A program made the position numbers and the translations under genes. A DNA stretch of 32,000 nt from Rosenbergiella sp. YN46 (lineage in GTDB: Bacteria; Pseudomonadota; Gammaproteobacteria; Enterobacterales; Enterobacteriaceae), in assembly GCA_036620675.1 (NCBI GenBank), contig JAZHEE010000002.1. One strand, 5' to 3'. How positions within the stretch are numbered: position 1 is the stretch's first letter; every line of letters begins with the position of its first letter. This document shows, piece by piece, positions 1 through 9,361 of the stretch. The notes beneath the pieces are model-generated. The model worked only from the letters and a program-made list of their open reading frames with translations. It ran no database searches and had not been told where the DNA came from.

Positions 1-569
1 ATGGCGTGGTGCCGGATATTGTCGCGATCGCCAAAGGGTTGGGGGGCGGCTATCAGCCCATTGGGGCAGTGCTCACCAGCGACAGGATCTTGGCGCCGCT
101 GCGCAGCGGCAGCGGTCTGTTTCAGCACGGGCATACCTATATCTGCCATCCCACCGCCGCAGCGGCGGCCCTGGCGGTTCAGCAGGTGATCCAGCGCGAT
201 AGCCTGCTGACCCAGGTGCAGGAGCGCGGTGCCCAACTGGCGGCTTCGCTGCGCGCTGCGCTGGGCGATAATCCCTGGGTGGGGAATATCCGCGGACGCG
301 GGCTGTTTATGGGGGTAGAACTGGTACGGGATCGCGCGACTAAAACACCGTTCGACCCGGCACTGAAGCTGCACGCTGCGGTAAAACGTAACTGCCTGGC
401 CCGGGGGCTGATGGTCTACCCTATGGGCGGCACGGTGGATGGTCGACAGGGGGATCACGTGCTGCTGGCACCGCCCTTTATTATTTCGCCGCAGCAAATC
501 GAGCTGGTGGTTATGCATCTGACGGCGGCGATCCACGAAGAGACAGAGAAAGCAGCCGGGGGGCAATAA
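1..569 (+). CDS. Class-III PLP-dependent aminotransferase, C-terminal part (gene begins upstream of window)
   Basis: The reading frame is open to the window edge. It carries the ...IAKGLGGGYQPIG... PLP-lysine-type motif and a C-terminal region typical of the aspartate aminotransferase family. The stop overlaps the next start (TAATG at 567-571). Confidence 0.8.
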   Translation, partial: GVVPDIVAIAKGLGGGYQPIGAVLTSDRILAPLRSGSGLFQHGHTYICHPTAAAAALAVQQVIQRDSLLTQVQERGAQLAASLRAALGDNPWVGNIRGRGLFMGVELVRDRATKTPFDPALKLHAAVKRNCLARGLMVYPMGGTVDGRQGDHVLLAPPFIISPQQIELVVMHLTAAIHEETEKAAGGQ

Positions 570-1138
570 TGACGACCAACCGTATGCCAGCGCTGGTGGA
601 AAACGCGTGGAGCGATGAACAGCGCGCGCTGGCGCAGGAGATAATTAACGGCCCACGCGGCGCGCTGTTGCCACCGTTTGAACCGCTGCTGCGCAGCCCG
701 GAACTGATGGGCCACGCCCAGCGGATGGGGGAATATTTGCGCTACCGCAGCGCCATTGGCCAGCGCCTGTCGGAACTGGCTATCCTGGTGACTGCGCGTC
801 ACTGGTCCCAGCAGGTGGAGTGGGCTATTCACGCCCCGATTGCCGAAGCGCAGGGCATTGATGCCCGGGCTATCGATGCTATCAACGCCGGACGGGAACC
901 GCAGACGCTGAAGGCCGACGAGCGGCTGGTATGGCGCTTTTGTCAGGAGCTGCACGGGGAGCGGCGCATTGGCGACGAGACCTGGCAGGAGGCAGTGGAG
1001 CAGTTTGATGAAAAAGGGGTGATGGATTTGGTCGGTCTGTGTGGCTATTACGCGTTGTTGTCAATGGTGATGAACGCCGCCCGGACGCCCGCTCCCGCCA
1101 GTACGGCGGCGCCGCTGATTGTAGAGGAGGGGAAATGA
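569..1138 (+). CDS. Carboxymuconolactone decarboxylase (AhpD-like) family protein
   Basis: 189-aa ORF translationally coupled on both sides. Its helical composition and size fit the CMD/AhpD-like family, judged by eye only. Confidence 0.6.
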   Translation: MTTNRMPALVENAWSDEQRALAQEIINGPRGALLPPFEPLLRSPELMGHAQRMGEYLRYRSAIGQRLSELAILVTARHWSQQVEWAIHAPIAEAQGIDARAIDAINAGREPQTLKADERLVWRFCQELHGERRIGDETWQEAVEQFDEKGVMDLVGLCGYYALLSMVMNAARTPAPASTAAPLIVEEGK

Positions 1139-2175
1139 AACAACTGCGGATACGGGGAACGGGCTATCAGATCGGACGCCGGCTCGGTGAGTTTGGGCGC
1201 GATGCCTGGCATCAGAAGATCGTGGCGACCGGGCTGTGGCAGCGAATCATGCCGGTAATTGGCTCGCCCCAGGCGATAGCGATGGCGGCGGTCACCCGGG
1301 CGCGCTTTCCGGAAATCATGGCCGAGCTGGAGGGCATGGCTGAAGGGTTGCAGGCCGATCCGCAGGCGGTTTTTGCCTGGAACTGTCGCGGCGACTTGCT
1401 GCCGTCAACGTCCGATGGTTGTACCACGGTGTTCGGGCGCGATGGGCAGGGGCGGATTATCGTTGCGCACAATGAAGACGGCCTGCCGCCGCTGCGCGAT
1501 GACTGTGCGTTGGTCAGGGTCGAGCCCACGGCAGGGATCGGTTTTACCAGCTTTGCTTATCCTGGCTCGCTATGCGGTCATACCTTTGCGGTCAATGATG
1601 CCGGGCTGGTGAATACCGTCAATAATATTCGCGCCAGCTATCGCCCCCAGGGGCTGCCGCGCCAGGTTTTGGGGCGGGCTGCGCTAAACGCCCGGGATCT
1701 GAACGGCGCGCTGGCGATCCTGACCAGCGAGGCGCGGGCCGGTGCTTTCCATCACACTCTGGCACAGGCGGGTTCGCCCTTGCTCTACAGCGTGGAGGCC
1801 TGTGGCGAGAGCTGCTCGGTTGAAGAAGTGGTCGATGTGGGCGGTCACGCCAACCATCTGACGCACTGTGCGCAGGGGCGCGTAGCACAGCGTATTACCG
1901 ACAGTTCCGCCGCGCGCCAGCGGCGGGTAGACGCCTGGCTGGCGGCCCGTACGGAAAAGGAATTCAGCGAGCAGGAGGCGCTGGCGTTGTTAAGCGATAC
2001 CGCGAATCCTTCGCTGCCGATATGGCGCCAGGCGCCGGACGATCCCGATGAGGAAAATACCCTGGCGACGGCGATTTTTAGCCTGAGCGGGGAGGCGGTA
2101 AGCTGGAGTATCTGGGAAAGCGACCGCGCCACCCCAACGCTGAGCGGTAGAGTGGCGGCGGCCCGAGAAGATTAG
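1135..2175 (+). CDS. C45-family peptidase / acyl-CoA:6-APA acyltransferase-like protein
   Basis: I chose the internal ATG at 1135, which overlaps the previous stop (ATGA) and follows GAGGAGG. The SDGCTTVFG motif resembles the autoproteolytic nucleophile Cys of the C45/AAT family. Confidence 0.6.
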   Translation: MKQLRIRGTGYQIGRRLGEFGRDAWHQKIVATGLWQRIMPVIGSPQAIAMAAVTRARFPEIMAELEGMAEGLQADPQAVFAWNCRGDLLPSTSDGCTTVFGRDGQGRIIVAHNEDGLPPLRDDCALVRVEPTAGIGFTSFAYPGSLCGHTFAVNDAGLVNTVNNIRASYRPQGLPRQVLGRAALNARDLNGALAILTSEARAGAFHHTLAQAGSPLLYSVEACGESCSVEEVVDVGGHANHLTHCAQGRVAQRITDSSAARQRRVDAWLAARTEKEFSEQEALALLSDTANPSLPIWRQAPDDPDEENTLATAIFSLSGEAVSWSIWESDRATPTLSGRVAAARED

Positions 2176-2408
2176 CGCTGAATCAGATAGCGAATCGTTG
2201 GACCATCCTGCTGGATGTCCAGCACGGTATAGCCGTGATTTCGGGCATCCTGCGGGATATTATTGACTGACTGCGGGCAGTCGCTTACCACTTCCAGCAC
2301 TTCACCTTTCTTGAGCTGGGGCATTGCCTCAAGGGTGGCGACGGCGGGATAAGGGCAGGGTTCGCCTACCATATCCAGACGGTAGTCGGGAATGATTGAC
2401 TGACTCAC
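2172..2408 (-). CDS. yedF: TusA-like sulfurtransferase YedF
   Basis: 78 aa with the conserved CPYP motif (GEPCPYP). It closely resembles E. coli YedF and overlaps the yedE stop. Confidence 0.9.
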   Translation of the reverse strand: MSQSIIPDYRLDMVGEPCPYPAVATLEAMPQLKKGEVLEVVSDCPQSVNNIPQDARNHGYTVLDIQQDGPTIRYLIQR

Positions 2409-3616
2409 AGGCTCTCCTTAGCCGGACGGGCGCCGGCCTTCTGAAGGCGGAAAAAGCGTTTTTCCCAAACGATAACTAACATCAGGGCGACAAACAGCAG
2501 CAGCCAGGTCATCACCAACCCGCCCTGGGGGCCAAAGATCGTCAGCAGGTTCACTTTATCCCATGAGGTGGCAAGGGTAGGGGATATATCGTCCCAGACC
2601 AGCGCCAGCAGGGTTGAACCCAACACGTTGCCGATACCGACCCACCAGAAATGCACCTGTCCCTCTACGGCCCGGTACATCCAGCCGGTTTCGCAGCCGC
2701 CCGCCAGTACAATGCCGAAACCGAACAGCAAACCGCCCAGCACGGCATTGGGGCCGGCCCACATAATTTTCGGCGCCACGCCGAGCTGCACGTAGCTGTA
2801 GATGCCAATGGCGCTGACGGCCATTCCCAGAATAATGGCTTTCGCCATCTGAGTGCGGCCGGTTATCCACAGATCGCGGAAAGCGGAGGTAAAACAGATT
2901 TGCGCCCGTTCGATCAGTAAGCCGAACCCGATGCCGAACAGCATCGCCAGCCCCAGTTTCGGCTGATTCATGGCCGTAAGCCCGACCCAGCCCAGCATAC
3001 CGATAAACACCAGCATCCCGAACCAAAAGCGGCGTTTCGCCTGGTAAGGGCGCTGAGTTAACGGAGCGGGCGCGTTGACTTTTTGCAGCTTCACCGGCAC
3101 GCGAAATATCGGTAGCAGCGTAAAGCGGGCGCCGGCCCAGGAGCCAAGAGCCGTCGCCACCGCGAAAAACCAGGCGTGGAGCGAAAACTGCGGAATGCCG
3201 GTAAAGAAGGCGGCCAGGTTGCAACCCATTGCCAGGCGGGCGCCGAAACCGGCGATAATACCGCCCAGCAGCGCCTGAATAATGCGCACCCGGTGCTGAG
3301 GCAGACGCAGCTTGATGTTATTGGCCCATAGCGCAGCCGCGAAACAGCCGCCGAACATGCCGATAATCATCACACCGTCGATACGGGTCAGGGGAGTGCC
3401 TTCGAGGCTGATTAACTTAAAGTAGCCCCAGTTTTCGGCGTGAACGCCGAACAGCTGCAGCAGTTCTCCGCCCCAGCGAGTAAATTCGCCGGTTACGGCC
3501 CAGAAGGTGCCGGTAATACCGAAATACCAGGTCGACAGGACGCCGGCGGCAATAACGGCGGGGAAAGGGGACCAGAATTTGATCAGATAATGTTGTCGAA
3601 AGTCGTGCCATGACAT
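2405..3616 (-). CDS. yedE: Selenium/sulfur transport-related inner membrane protein YedE
   Basis: The N-terminus MSWHDFRQHYLIKFW...GITGTFWAVTGEFTRWGG matches E. coli YedE and the protein is polytopic. I chose the ATG at 3616 (GAGG about 9 nt upstream) over the TTG at 3622. Confidence 0.9.
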   Translation of the reverse strand: MSWHDFRQHYLIKFWSPFPAVIAAGVLSTWYFGITGTFWAVTGEFTRWGGELLQLFGVHAENWGYFKLISLEGTPLTRIDGVMIIGMFGGCFAAALWANNIKLRLPQHRVRIIQALLGGIIAGFGARLAMGCNLAAFFTGIPQFSLHAWFFAVATALGSWAGARFTLLPIFRVPVKLQKVNAPAPLTQRPYQAKRRFWFGMLVFIGMLGWVGLTAMNQPKLGLAMLFGIGFGLLIERAQICFTSAFRDLWITGRTQMAKAIILGMAVSAIGIYSYVQLGVAPKIMWAGPNAVLGGLLFGFGIVLAGGCETGWMYRAVEGQVHFWWVGIGNVLGSTLLALVWDDISPTLATSWDKVNLLTIFGPQGGLVMTWLLLFVALMLVIVWEKRFFRLQKAGARPAKESL

Positions 3617-3801
3617 AGTCAATAACCTCTGAACTCAGAAGGATTTTGCTAAAAGCAGTGCATCATACGCCGGTGGCGACGCTGATATAGTAAAAAATGA
3701 AAAAAAGCCGCGCGCGATCAATTTTTATCCCGGCGCGGTTGGGGCTGGCAGGGCTAACGCTTTAATGCCAAAATGAAATTTTGCCGCATTCGGGACGAAT
3801 C

Positions 3802-4359
3802 ATGAAAAAGTTACTTCTACCGCTGGCGCTGGTGGCGTTGAGCGGTTGTGTGCAGGTGGATAATTACAACGAGGTGATCAAACACCCGGCGCCGGCTGGA
3901 CTGGCGGGTTACTGGCAGTCTCAGGGGCCGCAAAGCGAGATGGTGAGTCCGGAGGCTATCGCGAGCCTGGTGGTGACGCCGGAAGGGGACACCCTGGAGT
4001 GCCGCCAGTGGCAGCGGCTGATCGCGCTACCCGGCAAGCTGATGCAGCATTCGGATTCGCTCTATAACGTGACGATTAAGCGAGAAGTCTATGACGTGGA
4101 GCGCCATGGCGATACGCTGGAATATGCCGGTATGACGCTGCGACGGGTGGAGAGGCTAACCGACGAGTGCGCCGACTACCTGGAAAAGCACCCGCTGGGC
4201 CAGCCGATTGGCGAACAGGATGCCAAAGCGGCCATCGAGGCGACTAAACCGGCGGCGGTGCAGTCTGGTGGAACCCTGGGGCTGGGCGGCGGTCGCAACA
4301 GCGCTACGGCTACCAGCCAGCCCGACGATGAGAACGATGTGCAGAGCGTTGGCCCCTGA
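3802..4359 (+). CDS. yedD: Lipoprotein YedD homolog with extended Gly/Ala-rich C-terminus
   Basis: I chose the ATG at 3802, giving MKKLLLPLALVALSGC with a lipobox (LSGC). The body resembles E. coli YedD (GYWQSQGP...CRQWQR), and the C-terminal tail is longer than in E. coli. Confidence 0.8.
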   Translation: MKKLLLPLALVALSGCVQVDNYNEVIKHPAPAGLAGYWQSQGPQSEMVSPEAIASLVVTPEGDTLECRQWQRLIALPGKLMQHSDSLYNVTIKREVYDVERHGDTLEYAGMTLRRVERLTDECADYLEKHPLGQPIGEQDAKAAIEATKPAAVQSGGTLGLGGGRNSATATSQPDDENDVQSVGP

Positions 4360-4459
4360 GTCCCTTAGTTCGTAATGGAATAACATATAACCCGCGGTGA
4401 TTTTGATTTCTGCGCGTTACCTTCGACAATGTAACCATTCTGTTTTTGTAGGGGTGAAT

Positions 4460-5260
4460 ATGACATTTGCACACTTTGGCCGCCGGGCGCTGATGAGCGT
4501 GATGGCGGTTGCTCTGGTCGCGGGTATCAATACCCAGGCTTTCGCGGCGGAAAATCTGCTCAATAAAGTCAAAGAGCGCGGTAGTCTGATTGTTGGACTG
4601 GAAGGGACTTATCCTCCCTTCAGTTTCCAGGGCGATGACGGCAAGCTGACCGGCTTTGAAGTTGAATTTGCTGAGGATCTGGCGAAGCATCTGGGGGTTA
4701 AAGCCTCGCTGAAGCCCACTAAATGGGACGGTATGCTGGCTTCGCTGGATTCGAAGCGTATTGACGTGGCGATAAACCAGGTAACTATCTCCCCGGAACG
4801 CCAGAAGAAGTATGATTTTTCTACCCCTTATACTGTATCCGGCATTCAGGCGCTGGTGAAAAAGGGTAATGAAGGAACCGTAACCAAACCTGCGGATCTG
4901 AAAGGCAAAAAAGTCGGCGTGGGCCTTGGCACCAACTACGAAGTCTGGCTGCGTGAAAACGTACCCGGCGTGGATGTGCGCACCTACGATGATGATCCTA
5001 CCAAATATCAGGATCTGCGCGTCGGTCGTATCAACGTGATTCTGGTAGATCGCCTGGCGGCGCTGGATCTGGTGAAAAAGACGCACAATACGCTGGCGGT
5101 GGCTGGTCAGCCGTTCTCGCGTCTGGAGTCCGGCGTGGCGTTGCGTAAGGGAAACCCGGAACTGCTGGCGGCCATTAACAAGGCTATCGAAGAGATGAAA
5201 CAGGACGGAAGTCTGGCGAAAATCTCTGATAAGTGGTTTGGCACTGACGTGACCAAATAA
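4460..5260 (+). CDS. tcyJ: Periplasmic L-cystine-binding protein TcyJ (FliY)
   Basis: Near-colinear similarity to E. coli FliY/TcyJ (LLNKVKERG..VGLEGTYPPFSFQGDDGKLTGFEVEF). It has a signal peptide, and I chose the internal ATG at 4460. Confidence 0.95.
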   Translation: MTFAHFGRRALMSVMAVALVAGINTQAFAAENLLNKVKERGSLIVGLEGTYPPFSFQGDDGKLTGFEVEFAEDLAKHLGVKASLKPTKWDGMLASLDSKRIDVAINQVTISPERQKKYDFSTPYTVSGIQALVKKGNEGTVTKPADLKGKKVGVGLGTNYEVWLRENVPGVDVRTYDDDPTKYQDLRVGRINVILVDRLAALDLVKKTHNTLAVAGQPFSRLESGVALRKGNPELLAAINKAIEEMKQDGSLAKISDKWFGTDVTK

Positions 5261-5274
5261 TCGCCACACAGAAC

Positions 5275-5301
5275 AAAAGGCGCTGGTACAGCGCCTTTTT
5301 T
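5275..5301 (+). terminator. Rho-independent terminator after tcyJ
   Basis: GGCGCTG-GTA-CAGCGCC hairpin followed by a run of 6 T. Confidence 0.75.
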
Positions 5302-5442
5302 GTAGCCGCATATGGCGCGCGCTGATTTTTCATCTGGCCGGGACTGGGTTACAGTAGCGCGCGTTTTTTACCTTATTCGCAAGTTATACAGGCCGACGAA
5401 CCCGGCTGCCAGCCGCGATCAAAGCGCGCCTGCGGAGGAAAC

Positions 5443-6429
5443 ATGTCCATCGATCAACTCGCCCTTTTCCCGCGCCTGGAACTGGTTGGCGCGCCAACGC
5501 CGCTGGAGTTCCTGCCGCGTCTTTCCGACCACCTGGGTCGGGAGATCTATATTAAACGTGATGATGTGACGCCGATGGCCATGGGCGGCAATAAACTGCG
5601 CAAGCTGGAGTTTCTGGCGGCCCAGGCGCTGCGCGAAGGGGCGGACACGCTGGTCACCGCTGGCGCCATTCAGTCTAATCACGTTCGCCAGACGGCGGCG
5701 GTGGCAGCCAAACTGGGATTGCATTGCGTGGCGCTGCTGGAAAACCCCATCGCTACCCGTCAGGATAACTACCTGACCAACGGCAACCGCCTGCTGCTGG
5801 ATCTGTTCCAGGTCCAGGTAGAAATGTGCGATGCTCTGCACGATCCCGCAGCGCAGTTGGATGAACTGGCGACGCGCATCGAAGCTCAGGGATTTCGCCC
5901 TTATGTGGTACCAGTCGGCGGCTCCAGCGCGCTGGGTTCGTTGGGCTATGTGGCCTGCGCCCGGGAGATAGCCGATCAGTGCGAAGGCGCGGTGTCTCTT
6001 TCCTCGGTGGTGGTGGCATCCGGTAGCGCCGGCACTCAGGCGGGTCTGGCGGTAGGGCTGGAGCAGCTGATGCCGGAAACCTGGCTGATCGGCATTACCG
6101 TGTCGCGCAGCGTCGAGCAACAGCTGCCGAAAGTGGTACAGCTTCAGCATGATATCGGCGCCAGCCTGGAACTGGTACCGCAGGCGCCGATTCACCTGTG
6201 GGATGACTATTTCGCCCCGGGCTACGGATTCCCAAACGATGCCGGGCAGGAGGCGATCAAGCTGCTTGCCGCCCTGGAAGGCGTTGTGCTGGATCCGGTC
6301 TATACCGCGAAAGCAATGGCGGGACTGATCGACGGCATTATCCAGGGACGCTTTCCGGACGATGGGCCCATCCTGTTCGTTCATACCGGTGGAGCGCCCG
6401 CCTTGTTCGCCTATCATCCCCACATTTAA
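5443..6429 (+). CDS. dcyD: D-cysteine desulfhydrase
   Basis: 328 aa, ACC-deaminase/DcyD-type PLP enzyme with the [10 protein letters not shown] motif. It sits in conserved synteny between tcyJ and tcyL. Confidence 0.93.
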   Translation: MSIDQLALFPRLELVGAPTPLEFLPRLSDHLGREIYIKRDDVTPMAMGGNKLRKLEFLAAQALREGADTLVTAGAIQSNHVRQTAAVAAKLGLHCVALLENPIATRQDNYLTNGNRLLLDLFQVQVEMCDALHDPAAQLDELATRIEAQGFRPYVVPVGGSSALGSLGYVACAREIADQCEGAVSLSSVVVASGSAGTQAGLAVGLEQLMPETWLIGITVSRSVEQQLPKVVQLQHDIGASLELVPQAPIHLWDDYFAPGYGFPNDAGQEAIKLLAALEGVVLDPVYTAKAMAGLIDGIIQGRFPDDGPILFVHTGGAPALFAYHPHI

Positions 6430-6450
6430 CACTCAGGAAATCACATAACA

Positions 6451-7119
6451 ATGCAAGAAAGTTTTCATCTGGTCATTGAATCGCTGCCGTTTCTGCTCAG
6501 AGGCGCCGTCTTTACGCTGCAACTGAGCCTGGGTGGCATGTTCTTTGGGCTGCTTCTGGGATTCCTGTTGGCGCTGATGCGCTTGTCCAGCTTCTGGCCC
6601 CTGTCGTGGATTTCGCGTTTTTACGTTTCGATCTTCCGCGGCACGCCGCTTATCGCCCAGCTGTTTATGATCTACTACGGCCTGCCGCAGTTCGGTATCG
6701 AACTGGATCCGATGCCGGCGGCGATGATTGGCCTGTCGCTGAATACCGCGGCCTATACCTCTGAAACGCTGCGCGCCGCTATTGCCTCCATTGAGAAAGG
6801 GCAGTGGGAAGCGGCGGCCAGCCTGGGGATGACTCGCTGGCAGACTATGCGCCGGGCGATTCTGCCCCAGGCGGGGCGCGTGGCGCTGCCGCCGCTCAGT
6901 AACAGTTTTATCGGCCTGGTGAAGGATACCTCGCTGGCGGCCACCATTCAGGTACCGGAGCTGTTCCGCCAGGCGCAGTTGATTACTTCACGTACCCTGG
7001 AGGTGTTCACCATGTACCTGGCGGCTTCGCTGATCTACTGGGTGATGGCGACGGCGCTGTCCGCGCTGCAGAACTACTTTGAAAATCAGCTTAACCGTCA
7101 GGAGCGAGAACCGAAATGA
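6451..7119 (+). CDS. tcyL: L-cystine ABC transporter permease TcyL (YecS)
   Basis: 222-aa polar amino-acid ABC permease in conserved synteny. Its stop overlaps the tcyN start. Confidence 0.93.
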   Translation: MQESFHLVIESLPFLLRGAVFTLQLSLGGMFFGLLLGFLLALMRLSSFWPLSWISRFYVSIFRGTPLIAQLFMIYYGLPQFGIELDPMPAAMIGLSLNTAAYTSETLRAAIASIEKGQWEAAASLGMTRWQTMRRAILPQAGRVALPPLSNSFIGLVKDTSLAATIQVPELFRQAQLITSRTLEVFTMYLAASLIYWVMATALSALQNYFENQLNRQEREPK

Positions 7120-7868
7120 GTGCGATAGAGGTCAAAGCGCTGGTCAAATCCTTCCACGGCCAGCGGGTGCTGCACGGCATCGATCTGGAAGTAGAAAGCG
7201 GCGAAGTGGTGGCGATTATCGGCCCAAGTGGTTCAGGTAAAACCACGCTGCTGCGCAGCATCAATCTGCTGGAGCAGCCGGACAGCGGTAGCATTCGGGT
7301 GGGGGATATTGCCATAGATATCGGACGCTCTCTCGGTAAACAGCGTGAGCAGGTGCGTCTGCTGCGCCAGCACGTCGGATTCGTATTCCAGAATTTTAAT
7401 TTGTTCCCGCACCGTACTGTACTGGAGAACATTATTGAAGGGCCGGTCATCGTTAAAGGGGAATCAAAGCAGGATGCCTGTGCCCGGGGCCGGGAACTGC
7501 TGGCGAAGGTGGGGCTGAGCGGTAAAGAAGAGAGCTATCCGCGGCGACTGTCCGGTGGCCAGCAGCAGCGGGTGGCTATTGCCCGTGCGCTGGCGATGCG
7601 CCCGGAAGTCATTCTGTTCGATGAACCGACGTCGGCGCTCGATCCCGAACTGGTGGGTGAGGTACTGAGTACGATGCGTCAGCTGGCCGAAGAAAAACGT
7701 ACCATGGTTATTGTGACGCATGAAATGAGCTTTGCCAGGGATGTAGCCGATCGCGCCATTTTTATGGATCAGGGGCGTATTATTGAACAGGGGCCAGCGA
7801 AGCAGTTATTTTCCAGTCCGCAACAGCCGCGTACTCAGCAGTTTCTGGAAAAATTTCTGATGCAATAA
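7116..7868 (+). CDS. tcyN: L-cystine ABC transporter ATP-binding protein TcyN (YecC)
   Basis: Walker [10 protein letters not shown], signature LSGGQQQR and Walker [12 protein letters not shown], in conserved synteny. Confidence 0.95.
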   Translation: MSAIEVKALVKSFHGQRVLHGIDLEVESGEVVAIIGPSGSGKTTLLRSINLLEQPDSGSIRVGDIAIDIGRSLGKQREQVRLLRQHVGFVFQNFNLFPHRTVLENIIEGPVIVKGESKQDACARGRELLAKVGLSGKEESYPRRLSGGQQQRVAIARALAMRPEVILFDEPTSALDPELVGEVLSTMRQLAEEKRTMVIVTHEMSFARDVADRAIFMDQGRIIEQGPAKQLFSSPQQPRTQQFLEKFLMQ

Positions 7869-7996
7869 ATGGTGGCAGCCGTCTGCAGGCGGCTCCGATT
7901 TTACTGATTTGACGTAAGGGCGGGAAAGGAAAATACGATTTGTTATTTTTCCTTATCTGGAAATAAATCGGTTTTTATTTGTAACTAATGGTAAAG

Positions 7997-8019
7997 GCTG
8001 AAGGCGAAACGCCTTCAGC
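7997..8019. terminator. Perfect 10-bp hairpin between convergent tcyN and yecF (possible bidirectional terminator)
   Basis: GCTGAAGGCG-AAA-CGCCTTCAGC. The flanking T/A tracts are weak on both strands. Confidence 0.5.
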
Positions 8020-8031
8020 GCAACGATAAGG

Positions 8032-8256
8032 TTACTGACGGTACGCCTGTTTTATCTGGTTAACCGTATTGGTGAACACTTCGGCATGCGCTTTATCTTC
8101 CATCTGCGCAATCTCTTTTTCCATTTTGATAATGACTTTTCCTGCGTCTGCCTGACCCATTGCTTTCAGCATCTGGGTAAACAGCGCTTTCAGGCAGCTC
8201 ACTTCAAGGGCCAGCTGCTGGGCGTTATCCGCGGTAGAAAAATCCGGCGTGCTCAT
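8032..8256 (-). CDS. yecF: Small conserved protein YecF
   Basis: 74 aa. MSTPDFSTA...AMGQADAG...IKQAYRQ matches E. coli YecF in length and sequence pattern, and the gene lies next to uvrY as in E. coli. Confidence 0.85.
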   Translation of the reverse strand: MSTPDFSTADNAQQLALEVSCLKALFTQMLKAMGQADAGKVIIKMEKEIAQMEDKAHAEVFTNTVNQIKQAYRQ

Positions 8257-8706
8257 TTCTATTCCTCTTTCTTTCGATTGATACCGCGCTTAACGGCGGT
8301 CGACGCAAGCCCCTGAGTATACCACAAACTCAGATGAAACCATGCGAGGCGCGGGGCGAAGCGAAGGCGGGCAGGGGGGCGATCGCACTTTACGCCTTGC
8401 CGCTGGTGGGGATAATTGTTTCAATTTGGTGTGTTGAAGGTTAATTAAAAGTAGAGCCCAGGGGTAAGTGAAAGAAATAGCAGTAAACATGTATTTTTCC
8501 GACTGATGTAATGTAATTATTGCATAACTATTTCTTTTGCTAGCGGATGGTTCAGTGCCGGGAACGTTTGCGTTACTTTTATTTTATGGATGGTCGATAC
8601 TGTGTGGCACTCAGCATTTTTACGTTTTAAATGTGACTTAAAAACCGTTAATATATGTGGCGAATAAACTATCAGTAGCGTTATCCCTTTTCTGGAGAAT
8701 TATTCT

Positions 8707-9360
8707 TTGATCAACGTCCTTCTTGTTGATGACCATGAACTGGTGCGCGCAGGGATACGCCGCATTCTGGAAGATATCAAGGGCATTAAAGTGATCGGCG
8801 AAGCCTGTTGTGGTGAAGATGCCGTAAAACTGTGCCGTAGTACTCCGGTGGATGTGGTTCTGATGGATATGAACATGCCGGGAATGGGGGGCCTTGAGGC
8901 CACTCGTAAGATTGCCCGGGCCTGTGGCGATACCAGGGTCATTATGTTGACCGTGCATACCGAAAACCCGTTACCGGCCAGGGTGATGCAGGCGGGGGCG
9001 GCAGGTTACCTGAGTAAAGGAGCCGCGCCGCAAGAAGTGGTCAGCGCTATCCGTTCGGTGAATTCCGGGCAGCGCTATATTGCATCTGACATTGCACAGC
9101 AAATGGCGCTCAGCCAGATAGAACCGGCTAACACGGGATCGCCGTTTGCCAGTTTGTCTGAGCGCGAGTTGCAGATTATGCTGATGATTACCCGGGGGCA
9201 GAAGGTCAATGAAATTTCCGAACAGTTGAACCTGAGTCCGAAAACGGTAAACAGCTACCGCTATCGAATGTTTAGCAAACTCAATATTAGCGGTGATGTC
9301 GAATTGACCCATCTGGCAATACGCCACGGGTTGTGCAGCGCGGAGCCTTTGACCAGTTAA
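8707..9360 (+). CDS. uvrY: Response regulator UvrY (BarA/UvrY two-component system)
   Basis: [29 protein letters not shown]... is nearly identical to E. coli UvrY, including the TTG start. It has a LuxR-type C-terminal HTH. Confidence 0.96.
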   Translation: MINVLLVDDHELVRAGIRRILEDIKGIKVIGEACCGEDAVKLCRSTPVDVVLMDMNMPGMGGLEATRKIARACGDTRVIMLTVHTENPLPARVMQAGAAGYLSKGAAPQEVVSAIRSVNSGQRYIASDIAQQMALSQIEPANTGSPFASLSERELQIMLMITRGQKVNEISEQLNLSPKTVNSYRYRMFSKLNISGDVELTHLAIRHGLCSAEPLTS

Positions 9361-9361
9361 A

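Noticed and set aside
455-3224. Assorted overlapping ORFs (455-955 -, 882-1064 -, 1212-1529 -, 1619-1888 -, 1845-2132 -, 2556-3224 -, 2568-2920 +)
   Set aside because: All are alternative-frame or antisense ORFs inside confidently assigned genes. Their Arg/Pro/Ala-rich composition is typical of off-frame translation of high-GC coding DNA.
4310-6432. Long minus-strand ORFs (4310-5311, 333 aa; 5419-6432, 337 aa) covering tcyJ and dcyD almost end to end
   Set aside because: They are antisense shadow ORFs of well-supported, conserved plus-strand genes in GC-rich DNA. Their translations are Arg/Gln-rich and low-complexity with no recognisable family and no SD.
8086-8490. ORFs 8086-8316 + and 8290-8490 - in and next to yecF and the yecF-uvrY intergenic region
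   Set aside because: One is antisense to yecF. The other lies in the promoter-rich spacer, has no SD, and translates to a low-complexity Pro/Arg-rich sequence.
8598-8617. LexA-box-like sequence TACTGTGTGGCACTCAGCAT upstream of uvrY
   Set aside because: The CTG and CAG are separated by 9 nt rather than the 10 nt of the SOS-box consensus CTG-N10-CAG, and the centre is not AT-rich. It is probably not a functional LexA site.
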